A stretch of 64,000 nucleotides of DNA from an uncultured bacterium (GTDB lineage Bacteria; Verrucomicrobiota; Lentisphaeria; Victivallales; UBA1829). The DNA lies in contig CASFTV010000008.1 of NCBI GenBank assembly GCA_949297765.1, positions 2,137 to 66,136 of the forward strand. The letters run 5' to 3'. The translations under genes and the position numbers were made by a program. The stretch's first letter is position 1, and every line of letters starts with the position of its first letter. The notes under the pieces are model-generated. The model worked only from the letters and a program-made list of their open reading frames with translations. It was not told the origin of the DNA and ran no database searches. Below are positions 33,353 to 42,280 of the stretch, piece after piece.

Positions 33353-34186
33353 TCAGCCTTCGGAAAGAATCAGCGAGACGGCCTTGTCCATCTCTCCGGC
33401 GATTGCGGGGGAGGAGGAAAGCGCTCCGGCCACATCGCCGCTGTCGCACTGCTTCAGGAACGCCGGATCCAGCGGAAGCTGGGCAAGCAGCGGCGCATCT
33501 GCAAGTTCGGCGAGTTTCTTTCCGCCGCCGCTGGAGAAGATCTCGTGACGGCTGCCGCAGTCGGGACAGACAAATCCGCTCATATTTTCGATCACTCCGG
33601 CAACCGGAACCTCCACTTGTTTGCAGAAGTCAACGCATTTGCGGCAGTCGGCAAGCGACACTTCCTGCGGAGTGGTCACAATCACCGCGCGCTTGTTTCC
33701 GGTAATCATCTGGCAGGCGGAGAGCGCCTCGTCGCCCGTTCCCGGCGGGAAGTCGAGCACCAGATAGTCAAGCGGCCCCCACTGGACATCCTCCAGAAGC
33801 TGCTTGAGCACGCCGATCTTCGCGGGACCGCGCCAGATGATGGCGCGGTCGGCATCCTCCATGACCAGTCCGATGGAGAAGATTTTGATTCCGTCGGCCT
33901 CGACGGGGAACATTCCGTTCTCGTTTCCTTCGACCGTCGCGGTCTGGAGGCTGAACAGCGTCGGCTGCGAAGGTCCGTGAAAATCGACGTCGAGCAGTGC
34001 GACCTTTGCGCCTTTGCGGGCGAGCGTCAGCGCCAGCGCCGCGGCCACGGTGCTTTTCCCGACGCCGCCCTTCCCCGACAGCACAAGAAGTTTGTTTTTG
34101 ATCACCGAAAGACGGTTCTGAAGTTTCTCTTCCGAATTGCAGGTGGAGGAACAGCTGGAGCAGTTCCCGGAACAGGTGGAACTCAT
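33353..34186 (-). CDS. mrp: Mrp/NBP35/ApbC-family Fe-S cluster carrier ATPase
   Basis: Deviant Walker A SGKGGVGKST, CPDCG (CxxC), and a Cys-rich N-terminus CSGNCSSCSSTC. Confidence 0.88.
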   Translation of the reverse strand: MSSTCSGNCSSCSSTCNSEEKLQNRLSVIKNKLLVLSGKGGVGKSTVAAALALTLARKGAKVALLDVDFHGPSQPTLFSLQTATVEGNENGMFPVEADGIKIFSIGLVMEDADRAIIWRGPAKIGVLKQLLEDVQWGPLDYLVLDFPPGTGDEALSACQMITGNKRAVIVTTPQEVSLADCRKCVDFCKQVEVPVAGVIENMSGFVCPDCGSRHEIFSSGGGKKLAELADAPLLAQLPLDPAFLKQCDSGDVAGALSSSPAIAGEMDKAVSLILSEG

Positions 34187-34201
34187 GGATTTTCCCTTTC
34201 G

Positions 34202-34693
34202 TTAGGATTTCCGGCTTTTTTCAATCAGGCCGGTGGTGGAGTAGCCGGGAACAAACGGGATGAAACGGATTTCCGCGCCGCATGCGAACAGGGCGGCGCG
34301 TTCGCCGGGATCGAGTTTTTCCACGGTATAGTCGCCGCCCTTCACATAGACATCGGGAGCGACGGCTGCAATTTCGCGGTCGCAGCGTTCGGAATCGAAC
34401 ACCACGACGGCGTCGACAAAAGCAAGACAGGCGAGCAGGAACGCGCGGTCGGCCTCTCCGCAGACGGGGCGTCCCGGCCCTTTCAGGCGGCGGATCGACG
34501 CATCCGAATTCAGCAGCACGATCAGGGCGTCCGCCGACTCCCGCGCGGCGATCAGATACTCCGCATGGCCCCGGTGGAGAAGATCGAAACAGCCGTTGGT
34601 GAGCGCAAGTTTCCGTCCGTTGTTCCGGAGCCCCGCGCGCCATTCCGCGGCCTCGGAGAGGGTCATGATTTTCTTCCGGATCTGTTCGTTCAT
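34202..34693 (-). CDS. hldC: D-glycero-beta-D-manno-heptose-1-phosphate adenylyltransferase (RfaE domain II type)
   Basis: 163 aa. The cytidylyltransferase motif NGCFDLLHRGH matches the stand-alone RfaE-II size and pattern. Its ATG shares one base with the stop of the upstream gene (TGATG). Confidence 0.75.
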   Translation of the reverse strand: MNEQIRKKIMTLSEAAEWRAGLRNNGRKLALTNGCFDLLHRGHAEYLIAARESADALIVLLNSDASIRRLKGPGRPVCGEADRAFLLACLAFVDAVVVFDSERCDREIAAVAPDVYVKGGDYTVEKLDPGERAALFACGAEIRFIPFVPGYSTTGLIEKSRKS

Positions 34694-35250
34694 CAGTCCA
34701 CCTTCGCCGGGATGAAGACCGTATCCTTCAGCACGAACTTTCCACCGCCGACGATCCGGCGGAGCAGGCTCTGCAGTTCCGGGAGTCCGCGTTTGGAAAG
34801 CGGATCCGTCTCCGTATGCGTATATCCGTTCAGGTTGGCGGCGGAGAGGAACGTGGTCTCCCCCGCGCGTCCGTCGGCGTATCCGGCGGATGCAAGATCC
34901 GCGAGGGTCATGCGGAAGACTCCCGCATCCTCCACGAGATCTTCTCCCGTATCAAAATTCCGGGCGAAGTTTTCGGAGCTCATCCCCGAGACAGGTTCAT
35001 CATCCGCCGTGAAGGGAATTTCATCGGCTCCGTAGTCCCATTCGAGGATCTGCTCCGGAGAGGCTCCGCCGATGGAGCTTCCGAGCGCCGAGGCCACATC
35101 CGCCTCGCTCCGGGCATCGACCAGGCAGGTCACGTTTTCCATGGAAAGAACCGAGATCGCCAGAACCCCGAGGAACACGAAGAGAATCGCGATCAGACTG
35201 ATCACGAACTCGGCAACGGCCTGCCCGCTTTCTCCGCGGCGATGTTTCAT
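34693..35250 (-). CDS. TadE-like N-terminal domain membrane protein (hypothetical)
   Basis: MKHRRGESGQAVAEFVISLIAILFVFLGVLAI resembles the TadE/TadG-type N-terminal segment. The rest is acidic and uncharacterised. Confidence 0.5.
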   Translation of the reverse strand: MKHRRGESGQAVAEFVISLIAILFVFLGVLAISVLSMENVTCLVDARSEADVASALGSSIGGASPEQILEWDYGADEIPFTADDEPVSGMSSENFARNFDTGEDLVEDAGVFRMTLADLASAGYADGRAGETTFLSAANLNGYTHTETDPLSKRGLPELQSLLRRIVGGGKFVLKDTVFIPAKVD

Positions 35251-35401
35251 GGCGCACTCCTTTCCCCGGACTTTCCGGAATCTCCGGTACTGTACCTCCG
35301 TTTTGATGAAATCTCAAACGCTTTCTCTGTTTTTCTGATTGATTTTTCCGATTTCTGTGCCATATTGACACAAAATCATGCAACGGGAAAGGTGGGACAG
35401 G

Positions 35402-36580
35402 ATGACAGACAACGGAATCGCGTCCGGCGAACTGGACTATACAGACCTTCACGAACTCGTCCGGAGCATCGGGGAACTGGCGGAGGAGAAAGGATTTCTG
35501 GAAAGCATTTTCAACTCCATCAGCGAAGGTGTGATGGTGCTGGACAGGAATCTCAGGATCAAATACCGGAATCCTGCGGCGACGCGTCTTCTGGGAATTC
35601 CGGACGACACCTCGCGTCTCTCCGCCGCCACCTTTCTGAAAGGGGTGGACTGGGACGCGCTGACCACCGAAACCGGCCGGTCGGAACATCGCGAACTGGA
35701 GGTGCTCTATCCGGAGCGGCGGATCATCCGTTTCTATCTGGTTCCGCACGCACAGGCCGGACTGGTCACAATGCTTCTCTCGGACATCACCGAGGATTAT
35801 GAAAAAAATGCGTCGAAGGTGGAAAGCGAACGCAGCCGGATCATTTCGATGCTGGCGGCGGGAGTCGCCCACGAGATCGGCAATCCGCTGAACAGCCTTT
35901 ATCTCAATCTTCAGCTTCTCCAGCGGATGTTCCGCAAGGGAAATGTGGATCTCAAGGAGGCCGCGGAAAGCATTGATGCGTCGAAAAAGGAAGTGGAACG
36001 GCTGGATGCGATTCTCAATCAGTTTCTCAAGGCGCTGCGTCCGGCGAAGCTCCACTTCCGTCCGACGGACCTGCGGACGGTGCTCGGCGAGGCGCTCAAC
36101 TTCATGCGGCACGAGATTGAAAACCGCAACGTGGAAGTCCAGTGCCGATGGGCGGATTCGCTTCCGCAGATCCCGGCGGACGAAGGACAGCTCAAGCAGG
36201 CGTTTTTCAACATCATCAAGAATGCGCTGCAGTCCATGCCGCAGGGAGGAACTCTTTCCATCGTCTGCGAACAGAACGACGAACAGGAGATCGAAGTCCG
36301 CGTGATCGACACCGGCAAGGGAATTCCGCCGGAAAACATGTCGAAACTCTTTCACGCATTCTATACAACCAAGGCGTCCGGAAACGGACTCGGCCTGATG
36401 ATCGTTGAACGGATCATCCGGCAGCACGGCGCCCGGCTTTCCGTGGAGAGCGCGGAAGGCAGGGGAACCTGCTTCACCGTGATCTTTCCCCCCTCCGGGA
36501 ACCGGGTCCGCGTTCTTCCGCCCGCCAATCCGTATGCGGGGATTCTTCCCGCCGCACGGGAAGGAGAACAGCCATCATGA
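35402..36580 (+). CDS. PAS-domain sensor histidine kinase (NtrB/AtoS-like)
   Basis: H-box AAGVAHEIGNPLNSL, N/G boxes (IIKNALQSM, DTGKGIP, GNGLGLMIVERI) and a PAS-like N-terminus. Start chosen at ATG 35402 (purine-rich GGAAAGGTGGG upstream). Track start 35378 has no RBS. Confidence 0.85.
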   Translation: MTDNGIASGELDYTDLHELVRSIGELAEEKGFLESIFNSISEGVMVLDRNLRIKYRNPAATRLLGIPDDTSRLSAATFLKGVDWDALTTETGRSEHRELEVLYPERRIIRFYLVPHAQAGLVTMLLSDITEDYEKNASKVESERSRIISMLAAGVAHEIGNPLNSLYLNLQLLQRMFRKGNVDLKEAAESIDASKKEVERLDAILNQFLKALRPAKLHFRPTDLRTVLGEALNFMRHEIENRNVEVQCRWADSLPQIPADEGQLKQAFFNIIKNALQSMPQGGTLSIVCEQNDEQEIEVRVIDTGKGIPPENMSKLFHAFYTTKASGNGLGLMIVERIIRQHGARLSVESAEGRGTCFTVIFPPSGNRVRVLPPANPYAGILPAAREGEQPS

Positions 36581-37932
36581 ACCGCCGCTATTCCATTTTA
36601 ATCATCGACGATGAACGGGGAACCCGCGAAGCCATGGGAAAATTTCTCCGACCGGACTACGATGTCACGCTTGCCGAGGACGGGGAGATCGGAATCAATC
36701 TGATCCGGAAAAACCATTACGACCTGATTCTCAGCGACATCTGCATGGAGCCGGGCCCCAGCGGACTCGACGTGCTGGCTGAATCGCTGAAACGGACCCC
36801 GCCTCCGCCCTGCATTCTCTTCACCGCCTACGGTTCGATCGAAACCGCGGTCGACGCGGTCAAACGGGGGGCGTTTGATTTTGTGACAAAACCGGTCAAT
36901 TTCGACCGGCTGGAGATCATTCTCCGCCGCGCGCTGGAATCGCTCCAGCTGAAGGAGGAGAACACCGAACTCAAACGGCGGCTCGGATCGACATTCGGAA
37001 TCAAAGGAATGATCGGCAACTCCCCGAAGATGAAGAACATCATCGAAACGGTCGAGCAGGTTGCGCCGACCCGGACCACCGTGCTGATCACGGGAGAGAG
37101 CGGAACCGGAAAGGAGCTGGTGGCCCAGGCGATCCATCAGTGCAGCGGACGCTCCGGACGGTTTGTTCCGGTCCACTGCGCCGCGCTGCCGGAAAATCTG
37201 CTGGAAAGCGAACTCTTCGGCCACGAACGCGGCGCGTTCACCGGCGCGGTCGAAATGCGCAAAGGGCGCTTCGAACTCGCGGAAGGGGGAACGATCTTTC
37301 TGGATGAGATCGGCGAAATTCCTCTGCACATCCAGGTCAAACTGCTGCGGGTGCTGGAGAACCGCTCCTTTGAGCGGCTCGGCGGGACGGAGACCATCAC
37401 CACGGACGCCCGCGTGGTCGCCGCGACCAACCGCGATCTGAAGGCGATGGTCGTCCGCGGGGAGTTCCGGGAGGATCTGTTCTACCGACTGGACGTGGTC
37501 TCTCTGGAAATTCCTCCGCTCCGCGAACGCAGGGAAGACATTCCTCTGCTCGTAAAGCACTATCTTGATCTTTTCGCGAAGGAGAACGGCAAGGATATCG
37601 GCATCACGGAGACGGCTATGGCCTCGCTCTGCGCCTACACCTGGCCCGGCAACATCCGGGAGCTGCGCAACTGCGTCGAGCGGATGGTGGTCCTCTGCCG
37701 GGGGAAAATGATTGATCTGGACAATGTTCCGGTCGATATCCGGGAAGGCGTCACGCCCGGCATCGCCAAAGCGGTGCTGACACACCCGAGCTGCGATCTC
37801 GAATGCAATGAAAAAATGCTCATCGAGCGCGCACTCAACGAATGCGGGGGCAACCGGACAAAGGCCGCCGAAAAGCTCGGCATCAGCCGGCGGACGCTTC
37901 ACCGGAAGCTGCACACCTATCATCTGGAATGA
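36577..37932 (+). CDS. Sigma54-dependent response regulator (NtrC family; REC + AAA+ + Fis-type HTH)
   Basis: REC domain (ILIIDDE...DLILSDICMEP). AAA+ domain with GESGTGKE and the sigma54-contact motif GAFTGA. C-terminal NRTKAAEKLGISRRTLHRKL. ATGA overlap with the kinase stop. Confidence 0.92.
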   Translation: MNRRYSILIIDDERGTREAMGKFLRPDYDVTLAEDGEIGINLIRKNHYDLILSDICMEPGPSGLDVLAESLKRTPPPPCILFTAYGSIETAVDAVKRGAFDFVTKPVNFDRLEIILRRALESLQLKEENTELKRRLGSTFGIKGMIGNSPKMKNIIETVEQVAPTRTTVLITGESGTGKELVAQAIHQCSGRSGRFVPVHCAALPENLLESELFGHERGAFTGAVEMRKGRFELAEGGTIFLDEIGEIPLHIQVKLLRVLENRSFERLGGTETITTDARVVAATNRDLKAMVVRGEFREDLFYRLDVVSLEIPPLRERREDIPLLVKHYLDLFAKENGKDIGITETAMASLCAYTWPGNIRELRNCVERMVVLCRGKMIDLDNVPVDIREGVTPGIAKAVLTHPSCDLECNEKMLIERALNECGGNRTKAAEKLGISRRTLHRKLHTYHLE

Positions 37933-39740
37933 GCATGCTCCGTCTGAACGATCCGTTTCTCTGCGCCGCGCTCCCGGAGCTGTTTTCCGCGACAGAGGGA
38001 TTCCCCGTCCGCAGCGAACTCTCGACGGACAACGCCGTTCTGCGGACGGAACGCGGAATCCGGATATGCTGCACCTCGCGCGCAATGCTTCACCGGATGC
38101 TGGGATCGGTGCTCGCGGGAGAGGTGTTCCATCCCGCCCGCCTCCCCGCGTTTCAGATCCGCGGGCTTATGATCGACTGTTCACGCGGAGGGATTCCGTC
38201 CGTTCCGTTTCTGAAGCGGACCGCGGCGCATCTCTCCCTGCTCGGCCTGACCCACCTCGGGCTTTACATGGAGGATACCTACCCCGTGCCGGATCAGCCC
38301 TTTTTCGGGTTCGGGCGGGGAGCGTTCACCCCGGAGGAGATCCGCGAACTGGATGATTTCTGCGCAGAGATGGGAATCGAACTGTTTCCCTGCATCCAGA
38401 CACTGGGACACCTGGAACATGTCTTCAAAAATCCGCGTTTCCGGCCGTTTTCCGACGGTCCGCGGATTCTGAATGTGATCTCGCCGGATGCGCGGGAGTT
38501 CCTGGAGCATCTGATCCGTTCCGCCTCGGCGCCGTTCCGCTCGAAACGGATTCATCTCGGAGCGGACGAGCCGTGGGGTCTCGGACACGGGACCTCTCTG
38601 GACTTCCGGGCACCCGTTCCGCCGAAGCGGCTTTATCTGCGGCATCTGAACCATCTTGCGGAGATCTGCACCCGGAACGGTTTGAACGGAATGATCTGGA
38701 GCGACTATCTTCTCGGCCATTCGCAGAACGATCCGCCGGATGCGGAGGAACTCCGGGAAGTTCCCCGGAGTCTGACGCTGGACTACTGGAACTACACCTC
38801 GCATTCGGAAGAGGAACATGCGGAGAACATCCGCCGTCTGCGGACAACCGGCTGCGAACTCTGGATCTCACCCGGACTGCACAGCTGGAACCGTTTTTTC
38901 GGCGACCTTTCCGCCGCGACGGAAACGGGAACGGTCTTTTACCGGGCCGCCGCAAAGAACGGCGTGCGCGCGGCCATGACAACGCTCTGGGGCGACGACG
39001 GAGCGGAATCCCTTTTCCATACAAATTCTGCCGCCGTCGTCCGTCATCTGCTCTGCATGGACGATCCGGAAACGAGCCGGGAACGGATGAACCGATGGAC
39101 GGAGACCGTCGGAAGACTCTCTCCGGTCCGCTGTGAGTGCCTCGGCACACTGGATCGCGTCCTCGGAGGTTCCCTTTCCGTTCCGCCGAACTGGAGTTTT
39201 TCGAAACAGCTTTTCTATGACGATCCGCTGTTCGGATTTCTGCTCCGGCTGACGGATCCGGAAACGGTCACCGCCCGCCTGGAAGAGACGGAAACGAAAC
39301 TGCGGAACGCGAACCCTCTCTCCCGCGGCGATCGGGAACTGCGGAAGCTCGGACGGCTCTTTGTAAAAGCGCTCCGTCTGAAAACAGAGGCATCCGCAAG
39401 GGCGATCGCGGGATGGAGAGAGAAGAATCTTCCGGAGCTTCGCCGCGCAGGCCGGCTCGCTTCCGACGCCGCGGCGGCGGTCCGCGCGTTCGGGAGATGC
39501 TATGAAATGCTCTGGAGACAGGAACGCAAACCGTTCGGGCTGGAAATCCCGCAGGTCCGGATTGCCGGAGTCGCCGCGCGCCTGGAGGAACTGCAGAGAA
39601 GAATTTCCGCATTTCTGAAAAGCGGAGAGCCGATCCCTGAACTCGGGCTTCCGCTTCCGGAAGGATTCACTCCGCGCGATGCGGGAACCGCCTACGCCTC
39701 CGCCGCTTCCAAAAACCACAACAGCATCTGGATGATGTAA
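37929..39740 (+). CDS. GH20-like beta-N-acetylhexosaminidase-family protein, cytoplasmic
   Basis: Trimmed to ATG 37929, which forms an ATGA overlap with the regulator stop. IRGLMIDCSRG and RIHLGADEPWG (the HxGxDE catalytic region of GH20). No signal peptide. Confidence 0.7.
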   Translation: MSMLRLNDPFLCAALPELFSATEGFPVRSELSTDNAVLRTERGIRICCTSRAMLHRMLGSVLAGEVFHPARLPAFQIRGLMIDCSRGGIPSVPFLKRTAAHLSLLGLTHLGLYMEDTYPVPDQPFFGFGRGAFTPEEIRELDDFCAEMGIELFPCIQTLGHLEHVFKNPRFRPFSDGPRILNVISPDAREFLEHLIRSASAPFRSKRIHLGADEPWGLGHGTSLDFRAPVPPKRLYLRHLNHLAEICTRNGLNGMIWSDYLLGHSQNDPPDAEELREVPRSLTLDYWNYTSHSEEEHAENIRRLRTTGCELWISPGLHSWNRFFGDLSAATETGTVFYRAAAKNGVRAAMTTLWGDDGAESLFHTNSAAVVRHLLCMDDPETSRERMNRWTETVGRLSPVRCECLGTLDRVLGGSLSVPPNWSFSKQLFYDDPLFGFLLRLTDPETVTARLEETETKLRNANPLSRGDRELRKLGRLFVKALRLKTEASARAIAGWREKNLPELRRAGRLASDAAAAVRAFGRCYEMLWRQERKPFGLEIPQVRIAGVAARLEELQRRISAFLKSGEPIPELGLPLPEGFTPRDAGTAYASAASKNHNSIWMM

Positions 39741-39844
39741 TCCGGCGGAAGGCATCTCTTGAAATCAGGGAGATCCGGGTGTAAATTACGGCTTTGACAG
39801 GGGGATCCGGAAAACAACGACTCTCAACAGCGGACGAGGCATTT

Positions 39845-41329
39845 ATGAAGTATACAAGCACCAGAAGTTTTCAGGACATCGAATCGGCCCAGGCCATCAC
39901 GCAGGGGATCGCCGGAGACGGAGGACTGTTTGTTCCCCGGGAGTTTCCCCGCCTCTCCGGCGGAAGGCTGGAACAGATGCAGGCGATGAACTACAAGGAC
40001 CGCGCCGTGGAAGTGCTTTCGATGTATCTGACTGATTTTTCGGAAGCGGAACTGCGTCGCTGCGTGGAAGGGGCGTACACGGGAACGTTTGACGGAGAAA
40101 ATCCGGCACCGCTGAAGGAGGTGGCTCCCGGAATGCATTTTCTGGAGCTGTGGCACGGGCCGACCTGCGCATTCAAGGATATGGCGCTCCAGCTTCTGCC
40201 CCGGCTGCTGACGGTCTCCGCATCGAAGACGGCGCCGGGACGGACGATGGTGATTCTGGTTGCCACGTCGGGCGATACGGGCAAGGCGGCGCTTGACGGA
40301 TTCGCGGGAGTGGAAGGAACACGGATCATCGTTTTTTATCCGCGGAACGGAGTCAGTCCGATGCAGGAACTCCAGATGACCACGCAGAAAGGGGACAACG
40401 TGGCGGTCTGCGCAATCCGCGGGAATTTCGACGACGCCCAGAATGGAGTGAAGGAGATTTTTGCGGACGATTCCATGAAAGCGTGGCTGGACTCCGCGGG
40501 CATGGAGTTCTCTTCGGCGAATTCGATCAACTTCGGCCGTCTGGTTCCGCAGATAGTGTATTATGTCTCCGCCTTCTGCGACCTGCGGAAGAGCGGAAAA
40601 CTTGCGGAGGGCGGATGTTTCAACGTTGTGGTCCCGACCGGAAACTTCGGCAACATTCTTGCGGCGGAATACGCCCGGCGGATGGGGATTCCGATCGGCC
40701 GTCTGATCTGCGCCTCCAACCGCAACAACGTGCTGACGGACTTCATCCGGACCGGAGTGTATGACCGGAACCGGCCGTTCCATACGACGAGCAGTCCGTC
40801 GATGGACATTCTGATTTCGTCGAATCTGGAGCGGATGCTGTACCATGTGTACGGGAACGATCCGGAGGCGGTCCGGGGCCTGATGAAGGAGCTGAAGGAG
40901 AAGGGACGGTATGAAATTTCCCCGGAGGCGCGGCACCGTCTCCAGTCGGAGTTTTTCGGCGGATTCTGCGATGACCGGGCGACGGAGGAAACCATCGGAG
41001 CGCTCTTCCGGGAGCACCATTATCTGTGCGACACCCACACGGCGGTGGCGGTCAATGTATACCGCCAGTACACGGAGCAGACCGGCGACCGGACGCCATG
41101 CGTGATTGCCTCGACGGCGTCGCCGTACAAGTTTGCGGCATCGGTCCTTCCGGCGGTCTGCGGCGGACCGCTGCCGGAGGACGGATTCGCGATGCTGGAG
41201 AAGCTGTCGGAGGTGACCGGGACAGCGGTTCCGGCGCCGCTGGCGAATCTGAAGAACTGCCGCGTGCTGCATAACGCCTGCGTCTCCCGGGAGGAGATGG
41301 GAGACTTCATCCGCGGATTCCTCGGATAA
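39845..41329 (+). CDS. thrC: Threonine synthase (long form)
   Basis: MKYTSTRS..., GLFVP, and the PLP-lysine motif TCAFKDMALQLL. About 494 aa. Trimmed from track start 39794. Confidence 0.9.
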   Translation: MKYTSTRSFQDIESAQAITQGIAGDGGLFVPREFPRLSGGRLEQMQAMNYKDRAVEVLSMYLTDFSEAELRRCVEGAYTGTFDGENPAPLKEVAPGMHFLELWHGPTCAFKDMALQLLPRLLTVSASKTAPGRTMVILVATSGDTGKAALDGFAGVEGTRIIVFYPRNGVSPMQELQMTTQKGDNVAVCAIRGNFDDAQNGVKEIFADDSMKAWLDSAGMEFSSANSINFGRLVPQIVYYVSAFCDLRKSGKLAEGGCFNVVVPTGNFGNILAAEYARRMGIPIGRLICASNRNNVLTDFIRTGVYDRNRPFHTTSSPSMDILISSNLERMLYHVYGNDPEAVRGLMKELKEKGRYEISPEARHRLQSEFFGGFCDDRATEETIGALFREHHYLCDTHTAVAVNVYRQYTEQTGDRTPCVIASTASPYKFAASVLPAVCGGPLPEDGFAMLEKLSEVTGTAVPAPLANLKNCRVLHNACVSREEMGDFIRGFLG

Positions 41330-41560
41330 GCCCGTCCGGCGGAGGAAAATCTGACAAAGCCGGTTGTATTTTCCGGGTTTCGGGTGTATATTTCCGAAAG
41401 AACAGGGGCATTGATCTGAACCCGAAAGGATCTTGTCGTTTGCGGGGCCTGCCGCCGTCAGAACGTTTTCCGGGATTTCCGGAGCGCGGGCCTGTGCGGA
41501 AGTTTCAGGATTTCACCATGCTTCAGAGATGCCGTCCCAACCATAAAAAGGAGTGTGAAA

Positions 41561-42268
41561 ATGCAATTTACTCATGAAGTCGAGCAGATGTGCTGCGTCG
41601 CCAAGGGTCCGAAGAACCCGCCGGCACCGATTCCGCAGGAAGGCGGATGGACTTACGCCAAGGAGATCAACCAGATTTCCGGACTCACCCACGGTGTGGG
41701 CTGGTGCGCGCCCCAGCAGGGAGCCTGCAAACTGACCCTCAACGTCAAGGACGGGATCATTCAGGAGGCCCTTGTGGAAACCATCGGCTGCTCCGGAATG
41801 ACACACTCCGCCGCGATGGCCGCGGAAATTCTTCCCGGGAAGACCATTCTTGAAGCGCTGAATACCGACCTTGTCTGCGATGCGATCAACACGGCGATGC
41901 GCGAACTGTTCCTTCAGATTGTCTACGGACGGACGCAGACCGCGTTCTCCGAGGGCGGACTCCCGATCGGAGCCGGCCTGGAAGACCTCAAGCAGCTCCG
42001 TTCCATCACCGGAACGATGTACGGAACCAGCGCGAAAGGCGTTCGCTATCTGGAGATGGCGGAAGGGTATGTCACGGGGCTCGGACTCGACGAGGAGAAC
42101 AAGGTCATCGGCTATGAGTTCGTCAATCTCGGCAAGATGATGGAAGCCGTCAACTCCGGCAAGGAAGAGATTCTGAACATGCCGGTCAAGGACTTCATCA
42201 AGAAATTCCAGAAGACCTACGGCCGCTTCGGTGATGCTGTCAAAGTCATCAACCCGCGCAAAGCATAA
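41561..42268 (+). CDS. IscU/NifU-N-like Fe-S scaffold domain protein with C-terminal extension
   Basis: ATG 41561 lies 7 nt after AGGAG. The track start 41555 is GTG. GACKLTLNVKDGIIQEALVETIGCSGMTHSAAMAAEILPGKTILEA and LVCDAI match the positions of the three IscU Cys residues. Confidence 0.7.
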   Translation: MQFTHEVEQMCCVAKGPKNPPAPIPQEGGWTYAKEINQISGLTHGVGWCAPQQGACKLTLNVKDGIIQEALVETIGCSGMTHSAAMAAEILPGKTILEALNTDLVCDAINTAMRELFLQIVYGRTQTAFSEGGLPIGAGLEDLKQLRSITGTMYGTSAKGVRYLEMAEGYVTGLGLDEENKVIGYEFVNLGKMMEAVNSGKEEILNMPVKDFIKKFQKTYGRFGDAVKVINPRKA

Positions 42269-42280
42269 GGAGTCGTTACC

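Noticed and set aside
35345-35362. Possible sigma54 promoter (minus strand TGGCACAGAAATCGG) facing the TadE-like/hldC operon, next to the NtrC-type system.
   Set aside because: The -24 element is perfect, but the -12 position reads GG instead of the highly conserved GC. The match is too weak to call without a genome-wide model. It is mentioned only as a lead in the two-component finding.
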